Source of the DNA: an uncultured Acidobacteriota bacterium
GTDB taxonomy: Bacteria > Acidobacteriota > Thermoanaerobaculia > UBA5066 > DATFVB01
Reading direction: 5' to 3'
Length of the DNA stretch: 64,000 nucleotides
Assembly (NCBI GenBank): GCA_963813155.1
Contig: CAWEYG010000003.1
Coordinates: 1-64,000 of the forward strand
In this document: positions 1 through 6,422 of the stretch, piece by piece
Layout of the letters: each line of letters opens with the position of its first letter
Numbering within the stretch: position 1 is the first letter of the stretch
Notes under the pieces: generated by a model
Databases searched by the model: none
Told to the model about the DNA's origin: nothing
The model's input: the letters and a program-made list of their open reading frames with translations, nothing else
Program-made: the position numbers and the translations under genes

Positions 1-2
1 GC

Positions 3-308
3 GGGAAGGAAAAGACCCTGCTCGGCCTTGCGGGAGCGGGCGACCTGATGCTCACCTGCACGGGATCGCAGTCCCGGAACCGCCGGGTCGGCGAGGAGAT
101 CGGCCGGGGAACTCCGCCGGCCGAGGCGATCGCGAGGACCCCCGAGGTCGCGGAAGGAACGAGGGCCTGCGTGGCGGCGGTCGCGATGGCGGCCGCGTCG
201 AGGGTCGAAATGCCGATCGCGGCGGCGGTTCGGGAGGTCCTCTACGAGGGGGTCGCGCCCCGGGACGCCATTCGCGCACTGATGACGCGCGATCTCCGCA
301 CGGAATGA
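3..308 (+). CDS. gpsA: NAD(P)H-dependent glycerol-3-phosphate dehydrogenase, C-terminal part (5' truncated by window)
   Basis: GLAGAGDLMLTCTGSQSRNRRVG...VAEG...VEMPI motifs of the GpsA C-terminal domain. Confidence 0.9.
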   Translation, partial: GKEKTLLGLAGAGDLMLTCTGSQSRNRRVGEEIGRGTPPAEAIARTPEVAEGTRACVAAVAMAAASRVEMPIAAAVREVLYEGVAPRDAIRALMTRDLRTE

Positions 309-344
309 CGCTTCACGTATAATTCGCCGCAAGAGGTCGAACGC

Positions 345-1148
345 ATGAATCGAGCGATTCCCTGGATCTTCGGAACGGGTGCGGTCCTGGCAATGGGAAT
401 GCGGACCGTTTCCGCGGTTCCGCCGCGGCCGGCGGCCCCTGAATCCCAGCCCGCCGGAGGGCTCACGGCCGACGCGAACCTGCTGGTGGAACGGGATGTC
501 GGAGTCGGCACGCGCATGGGGGGAATCATCGATTCCATCCAGGCGGAGAGGGGAGAATCGGTCAAGAAGGGCCAGCCGCTCGCGACGCTCGACCAACGGG
601 AGTTCGAGCTCGATCGCCGGGCCGCGGAAGCGGCGTTTTCGGCCGCCGACGCGGACTTCAAGCGCTACCAGGAGCTCTTCGGGCAGAAGCTCGCGAGCAA
701 GGCGGAGCTCGAGCAGCGGCGCGCCCATTTCGAACAGGCAAAAGTCGACCTCGAGAAGGCGAAGCTCGTCATCGACCGTTCGGTGATTCGCGCGCCGTTC
801 GACGGGGTCATCGTCGACCGCACGGTCCGCGTCGGGCAAAAGGTGCAGATCTCCGACACGACCCCGCTCTTCAAGATCACGGCGCTCGAGCCCCTTTTCG
901 CCCGCGTTTACCTGAACGAGAGCTGGCTCGATCGGCTGAAAGTGGGCGACCCGGTGTCGGTCGTTTCGTCGAAATTCGCGCGCGCTCGCTCGACGGGCAA
1001 GATTTCCTTTCTCGCGCCCGTGATCGATTCGGCGAGCGGGACGTTCCAGGTCATCGTCACCCTGCCGCGCGATCGCGACAGGATCTTCCGTCCGGGGAGC
1101 TCGGTCAAGATCAACTTCAATCCGCGGCGCACGGCCACTCGAGAGTGA
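345..1148 (+). CDS. Efflux RND/HlyD-type periplasmic adaptor (membrane fusion protein)
   Basis: N-terminal hydrophobic segment; lipoyl halves GESVKKGQPLATLD and IRAPFDGVI; alpha-hairpin; beta-barrel GKISFLAPVIDSASGTF; AGAGG RBS and TATAAT at 318-323. Confidence 0.88.
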   Translation: MNRAIPWIFGTGAVLAMGMRTVSAVPPRPAAPESQPAGGLTADANLLVERDVGVGTRMGGIIDSIQAERGESVKKGQPLATLDQREFELDRRAAEAAFSAADADFKRYQELFGQKLASKAELEQRRAHFEQAKVDLEKAKLVIDRSVIRAPFDGVIVDRTVRVGQKVQISDTTPLFKITALEPLFARVYLNESWLDRLKVGDPVSVVSSKFARARSTGKISFLAPVIDSASGTFQVIVTLPRDRDRIFRPGSSVKINFNPRRTATRE

Positions 1149-1861
1149 TGGCCCCGCGCCGATCTCGCGGTCGAATGCGCTCGACCATGGACTCGGTTTT
1201 TCTTCACGACATGAAGAATCTCGAGTTCCGCCTGAACCTGCTCCTCTCCAACCTCGAGGAGCACTACGGCGATCCCGATTTCAAGCGCAGCGTCGTCGAG
1301 TTGCTCCAATCCTCGCTGCAGAAAGTGGATACGGTCGTCGAGCGCTGGTCGGCGCACAAGGACGCCGTGATGATCAAGGTTCCCGTCGACGTCAACGAGC
1401 TGCTCGCCGACGCGGCGAACCGGGTCCGCGCCCGCGATTCCTACCGGGGCGACGGCGCGCTCGTTCCGCGGGTCGAATTCGCGGCGGAGCCGCTCCCCGC
1501 GGTCTGGGCGGACCCGCACTACCTGAGCGACGCGTTCGCGAGCATTCTTCAGAACGCCCTGGAGGCGGCGGGGCCGGGAGGAGTGGTCTCCGTCGAGAGC
1601 CACCCGGAGGACCGGCGCGGCGCGCCGTGGGTCGCCGTGGACATCGCCGACAACGGTCCCGGCATGAGCCGCGAATTCGTTCGAACCCGCCTCTTTCGGC
1701 CGTTTCAGACATTGAAGAGCTACGGGATCGGCCTCGGTCTCTACACGGCGCGCGAAATCATCCGCTCCCACCGGGGCGCCGTCTCCGTCAAGACCCGGCT
1801 CGGCCAGGGGACGATCGTGACCGTGAGACTGCGCGCGGAGCGGGAGGAAGCCCCCGCTTGA
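1148..1861 (+). CDS. Histidine kinase lacking a sensor domain (PrsK-like H-box)
   Basis: H-box FLHDMKNL, N-box QNALEA, G1 DNGPGM, F-box LFRPFQT, G2 GIGLGL; TGATG overlap with the upstream gene. Confidence 0.85.
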   Translation: MAPRRSRGRMRSTMDSVFLHDMKNLEFRLNLLLSNLEEHYGDPDFKRSVVELLQSSLQKVDTVVERWSAHKDAVMIKVPVDVNELLADAANRVRARDSYRGDGALVPRVEFAAEPLPAVWADPHYLSDAFASILQNALEAAGPGGVVSVESHPEDRRGAPWVAVDIADNGPGMSREFVRTRLFRPFQTLKSYGIGLGLYTAREIIRSHRGAVSVKTRLGQGTIVTVRLRAEREEAPA

Positions 1862-3246
1862 CGGTGGACGGCCGGCTCGCGATCGTCGAGGACGACCGAA
1901 TCCTGCTGGATCAGCTTCGCTGGGCGCTCAAGGGCAAGTTCGACGTCGTCGACGCCGGCAATGCGATCGACGGTGTCACGCTCGTCGACTCCGCTCCCGA
2001 CTGTTTTCTGATCGACCTTCGGCTCCCGCCTTCGAACGAACCGCAGGAAGGCCTCGACCTGCTTCGCGCCATCCGCCGGAAGGCCCCCGGCATCCCGGTC
2101 GTCGTGATGACCGGAGAGAAGGACCGCCGTTTCGCCTTGAAGGCGATCGAGCACGGGGCCTACGACTTCTTTCGAAAGCCGGTCGACCCCTCGGAGCTCG
2201 CCCTGATCCTCGGGCGCGCGCTGGAGCGGCAGCGGATTCTCCAGGAGAACCGGGCGCTCAAGGACGATCTGCTCGGGTCGCAGAGCATGGGAAACCTCGT
2301 GGGCACGAGCCCTCCGATGCGCGCGCTCTTTCGCTCCATCGCGAAGGTCGCGCCGTCGGACGCGACGGTCCTGATCACGGGGGAGAGCGGCACGGGCAAG
2401 GAGCTCGTCGCCCAGGCGATCCACCGCGCGAGCTCGAGGGCCTCCGGGCCCTTCATCGCCGTCAACAGCTCCGCTCTGCCGGAGGCTCTCGCGGAGTCCG
2501 AGCTCTTCGGACACGAAAAAGGGGCGTTTACGGGCGCCGTGGCCGCCCGCCCGGGAAAGTTCGAGCTTGCGCAGAACGGCACGATGTTTCTCGACGAAGT
2601 CGCGACTCTCTCCTCCGCCGTCCAGGCGAAGCTGCTCCGGGTTCTCGAAACGCGCCAGTTCGAGCGCGTGGGAAGCTCTCGAACGATTTCCGCGAACATC
2701 CGGATGCTCGCCGCCACGAACGAAGACCTGGCGCGCCGCGCGCGGGAGGGGACCTTCCGGGAAGACCTGCTCTACCGCCTGAACACGGTCACCCTGTCCA
2801 TCCCGGCGCTTCGGGACCGGGGAGGGGACATCCTCGTTCTTCTCGATTCGTTCGCCGAACGATTCGGCCGACAGTATCGGAAGAAACCGAAGACGTTCTC
2901 CCCGGAAGTGCGGGAGACACTCGACCGGTACCGGTGGCCGGGCAACGTCCGGGAAATGGAGCATCTCGTCGAGATGCTGACGTTGATGGTCGAGGACGAC
3001 GAAGTGCGGCCGGAGCACCTGCCCGGAGGGATCGGAACTGTTCAACCGGATTCGAGCGCCTTCCCGGCCGTCGCCGCCGCGGAACCGTCGCCCGCGACGC
3101 CTCTTCCGGAGATCGTCGCCCGGTTCGAGCGAAGCCTCGTGTCACAGGCGCTCGCTCGGTCGGGCGGCGTCAAGACGCGCGCGGCGAAGGCGCTGGGCAT
3201 CGACCCGGGCCAGCTGAAGTATCTTTGCCGGAAATATCAGCTCTGA
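1858..3246 (+). CDS. Sigma54-dependent response regulator (REC-AAA+-Fis HTH, NtrC/PrsR type)
   Basis: IVEDD and LIDLRLP receiver motifs, Walker A GESGTGKE, GAFTGA, WPGNVRE, C-terminal HTH; TTG start overlaps the kinase stop. Confidence 0.93.
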   Translation: MTVDGRLAIVEDDRILLDQLRWALKGKFDVVDAGNAIDGVTLVDSAPDCFLIDLRLPPSNEPQEGLDLLRAIRRKAPGIPVVVMTGEKDRRFALKAIEHGAYDFFRKPVDPSELALILGRALERQRILQENRALKDDLLGSQSMGNLVGTSPPMRALFRSIAKVAPSDATVLITGESGTGKELVAQAIHRASSRASGPFIAVNSSALPEALAESELFGHEKGAFTGAVAARPGKFELAQNGTMFLDEVATLSSAVQAKLLRVLETRQFERVGSSRTISANIRMLAATNEDLARRAREGTFREDLLYRLNTVTLSIPALRDRGGDILVLLDSFAERFGRQYRKKPKTFSPEVRETLDRYRWPGNVREMEHLVEMLTLMVEDDEVRPEHLPGGIGTVQPDSSAFPAVAAAEPSPATPLPEIVARFERSLVSQALARSGGVKTRAAKALGIDPGQLKYLCRKYQL

Positions 3247-3382
3247 ACGGGCAAAAAGTCGCCGGCCACGTGAAAATCCGGCGGTGAAAAATTAACCATT
3301 CTGTTCGGAAGTGACCCCGTGTTCACTTGTTAAGTGACTGTTTTTTAGTTGTTTGAGTCGATGAAGGGAAGACCAGCGGGGC

Positions 3383-3397
3383 TGGCTCGGACCTTGC
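3383..3397 (+). promoter_or_regulatory. Sigma54 (-24/-12) promoter for the repeat-protein gene
   Basis: TGGCTCG-GACC-TTGC vs consensus TGGCACG-N4-TTGC, directly downstream of a sigma54 activator gene; AT-rich tract upstream; RBS GGAGGA before ATG 3430. Confidence 0.8.
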
Positions 3398-3429
3398 GAA
3401 AGAAGAAGTCCAGCGAAAGGGAGGACAAG

Positions 3430-4172
3430 ATGGGAAACGATGTCAGGATCAAGCTCACGGAACAACAGGCCGCGAAGATCAAGGCCGGAACCGGAAAAGA
3501 AATGGAAGAGATCCGGGTCGGGAAGATCGGCAACGCCCCCGCGCCGAGCGCGTCGCTCTCGGGCAAGCAGGGGTTAACGGGCAAGCCGGGAATGTCGGGG
3601 AAGCCTGGTCTCTCGGGCAAACCGGGACTGTCGGGCAAGCCTGGACTCAGCGGTAAGCCTGGACTGACCGGCAAGCCGGGGATGTCGGGTAAGCCTGGCC
3701 TCAGCGGCAAACCGGGGCTCTCGGGCAAGCCTGGCCTCAGCGGCAAGCCGGGATTGTCGGGCAAGCCTGGACTCTCGGGGAAGCCGGGCCTCTCGGGTAA
3801 ACCGGGGCTGTCGGGCAAGCCTGGACTCAGCGGAAAGCCCGGGCTCTCGGGCAAGCCTGGCCTCAGTGGCAAACCTGGCCTGTCGGGCAAGCCGGGGCTC
3901 AGCGGCAAGCCTGGCCTGTCGGGCAAGCCTGGACTCAGCGGCAAGCCTGGCCTGTCGGGCAAACCTGGCCTCTCGGGAAGCCGGGGCTCAGCGGCAAGCC
4001 TGGCCTGTCGGGCAAACCTGGCCTCTCAGGGAAGCCGGGGCTCTCGGGCAAGCCTGGCCTCAGCGGCAAACCCGGCCTGTCGGGCAAGCCGGGGCTCAGC
4101 GGCAAGCCGGGACTGTCGGGCAAACCTGGCCTCTCCGGGAAGCCGGGGCTCTCGGGCAAGCCTGGACTCTGA
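3430..4172 (+). CDS. Collagen-like (Gly-X-Y) hexapeptide-repeat protein: 42-aa leader + 34 x (L/M)(S/T)GK(P/Q)G; one-base deletion at ~3975-3977
   Basis: Direct translation; adding one G to TCTCGGGAAG continues the repeat to CTC-TGA at 4167-4172 (247 aa), followed by a terminator. Confidence 0.85.
3556..4169 (+). repeat. 18-bp coding tandem repeat, 34 units, synonymously diversified
   Basis: Units such as CTC TCG GGC AAG CCT GGC / CTC AGC GGC AAA CCG GGG with mostly silent differences. Confidence 0.95.
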
Positions 4173-4194
4173 GGAAAACCGTTTATACGGATTG

Positions 4195-4226
4195 GACGCC
4201 CCGCGAAAGCGGGGCGTTTTTCTTTT
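4195..4226 (+). terminator. Rho-independent terminator
   Basis: GACGCCCCGC-GAAA-GCGGGGCGTT followed by TTTCTTTT, between convergent genes. Confidence 0.9.
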
Positions 4227-6422
4227 CTACCAGAAGATTCGCCGGGTCCAGTGGTAGAAGATGTTCCACCACTGAGCGGCATACGCCTTCCGCGGGCCGA
4301 TGAGCTTGACCTCGGCCGTCATGCCGGAAGCGAGATCGCCGTCCCCGTTGTCGAGGTAGGCGACCGCGACGAACCGTTCGGGTCGCTCCGCGATCCGAAG
4401 CGGCTCGTCGGAGCCATGCGACGTCGCGGGCAGGGTCTCCGCGGCCGCGGAGATCGACGAGATCTTCGCGCGAAACTTTCGAAACGGAAAAGCCGGAATG
4501 TGCACGAGGATCGGCTCGTCCACTCGAAGCGAGTGCAGCAGCCGTTCGGTCACCGGGATCTCGATCCGGAGGGTCCGGACGTCGCCGACCGTGAACAGCG
4601 CGGAGCCGACGGCGACGGAAGACCCCAGGAGGTCCTGCGGCCGGTGCGACAGGATCGTTCCCCCGACGGGAGCCCGCACGAGAAGGGCGTCCCGGAGACC
4701 CTCGCTGGCCTTCAGCGCGGAACCCGCGGCGACCGCCCGCGATTCGAATTCCGTGGAGTCGGCCGCCGACGCGGATTCGCGCCCGAGGCTGGCCTGGCCC
4801 TCGAAACCGCTTCGCCGCGCGGTCAGCTCCTGGATCCGGCTCTCCACCGCGCGGCTGGAGAGGCGGGCGAGGGCGTGCCCCGGCCCGACGCTGTCTCCTT
4901 CGCGGACATTCACGGCCTCGACCGTCGAGTCCGCCGGCGCCGACACGCGAACCGAGCGAGAAGGCTTCAGGACGACGGGCACCTCGAAGGTTTCGTGCGG
5001 CCAGGGGATCACGAGCGCCAACAGGAGGACCGCGCCGGCCGCCGCGAGGCGTCTCTGGATTTTGCGAGACATGAGGTACTCCTTCTTGTCGAGATAGAAC
5101 ATCCGGAGGACGTCGGTGAACTTCCGAATCTTCTTGCGGAACATTCGAAACACGACGAGCAGCGTGAGCAGCGGCGTCCATTCGCCGGCGAACATGCCGA
5201 TGATGTGGGCGAAAAGCGCGCTGATCGCGATCATGATCGAGCCCATGTACGCGATCGCCAGAGGGCCGTAGATCAGGAAGACGCGGCGCTTTCTCTTTGA
5301 AAGGACCGGGACTTCGACCGGCAGCCGAAAGATGTACTTCTGGATGAGCATGCCGATGTAGTGGAACGACTGCGGCCGCAGCTCGGGAATCTCGAGCAGG
5401 TCCTCGACCGCGTGGTACCCGTCGGTCGGCGTCATCGGGTTGATGTTGAAGAAGACGGTCGAGATGCCGGTGTACAGCATGCCTTTGTACGCGAAGTCGT
5501 GGATGAACGTGTCGGGATACGTCGCCAGCCACACCGCGGTCGCGGCGACGCAGATGTAGCTTTCGATGTAAATGCCGCCGACGTTGACCCACAGGCGGTG
5601 CCATTTGCTCTCGAAGAGCTCGGAGTCCATCGTGTCGGTGAAATACGCCGGCAGGAAGAAGAACAGGGCGAAACCGATGCTGTGGACCTCTCCGCCGTAC
5701 ATCTTCATCGTGTAGGCGTGGCCCAGCTCGTGGAACATGGCGATGAACGTCACAATCAGGTAGAACTGCAGGACGTCGATGAAGGGCTTGTCGAGAAACG
5801 CGTAGAGCCGGACCGTCTCGGTCCAGATCTTCGAGAAATCCCGCACGAAGACCGCCGCCGTCAGGCCGAACAGCACGAGGCCGACCGAAACGACCTCGGG
5901 GCTCCAGATCCACCGCACGTACTTCACGGTTTTGTTCAGGAACTCGTTGGGGTCCGCGATGGGGAAGAGCATGAGGAAGATGTTGAAAGAGTTCGCCTTT
6001 TCCTCCGCCTTGAGCTTGCGCGCATCTTTCAGGCGCTGCATCAACGCCAGGCCCCGCTCGCTTCCCGACTGCGCGAGAAGGTCCATCTTCTGGAGGTTTT
6101 CTTCGTAGTCGAGCACCAGGGACGTCTCGATGCGGTCGCCGGGGTGCGCCTGGACGTAGGCGTCGCGGATCTCCGCGTGGGTTCGCGTCCCGTCGAACAG
6201 CTCGACGAGGCCCCACTCGGCGTCGGTGAAGGTGTAGATCTTCAGCGAATCGGGGTTCTTGACGACCCATTTCGATTCGCCCATCTGGACGAGGTGCCGG
6301 ATGATGACGTCGGTCCGGAGGGCCGGCTGTTCGCGGGCGGGGCCGAGGCGGTGAGCGAGGGCTTCGGTGACCTCCCCGGTGCGGGTCGTGGAGAGGAGCG
6401 TGGCGCGAGAACTGATGCTCAC
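4227..6422 (-). CDS. PqqD/RRE-like domain + M50 site-2 metallopeptidase + HlyD adaptor fusion
   Basis: N-terminal WVVKNPDSLKIYTFTDAEWGLVELFDGTRTHAEI; FHELGH (HExxH); NINPMTPTDGYH (NPxxxxDG); several TM helices; C-terminal VSAPADSTVEAVNVREGDSV...VRAPVGG adaptor; GTG start overlaps the upstream TGA. Confidence 0.85.
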   Translation of the reverse strand: MSISSRATLLSTTRTGEVTEALAHRLGPAREQPALRTDVIIRHLVQMGESKWVVKNPDSLKIYTFTDAEWGLVELFDGTRTHAEIRDAYVQAHPGDRIETSLVLDYEENLQKMDLLAQSGSERGLALMQRLKDARKLKAEEKANSFNIFLMLFPIADPNEFLNKTVKYVRWIWSPEVVSVGLVLFGLTAAVFVRDFSKIWTETVRLYAFLDKPFIDVLQFYLIVTFIAMFHELGHAYTMKMYGGEVHSIGFALFFFLPAYFTDTMDSELFESKWHRLWVNVGGIYIESYICVAATAVWLATYPDTFIHDFAYKGMLYTGISTVFFNINPMTPTDGYHAVEDLLEIPELRPQSFHYIGMLIQKYIFRLPVEVPVLSKRKRRVFLIYGPLAIAYMGSIMIAISALFAHIIGMFAGEWTPLLTLLVVFRMFRKKIRKFTDVLRMFYLDKKEYLMSRKIQRRLAAAGAVLLLALVIPWPHETFEVPVVLKPSRSVRVSAPADSTVEAVNVREGDSVGPGHALARLSSRAVESRIQELTARRSGFEGQASLGRESASAADSTEFESRAVAAGSALKASEGLRDALLVRAPVGGTILSHRPQDLLGSSVAVGSALFTVGDVRTLRIEIPVTERLLHSLRVDEPILVHIPAFPFRKFRAKISSISAAAETLPATSHGSDEPLRIAERPERFVAVAYLDNGDGDLASGMTAEVKLIGPRKAYAAQWWNIFYHWTRRIFW

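Noticed and set aside
3556-4169. Repeat array as CRISPR or non-coding satellite
   Set aside because: No unique spacers and no cas genes; the 18-bp period with mostly silent variation indicates a protein repeat.
3345-4282. Antisense repeat ORFs ([12 protein letters not shown])n
   Set aside because: Shadow of the plus-strand gene, which has the promoter, RBS, invariant peptide and terminator; the antisense peptide varies at positions that are silent on the plus strand.
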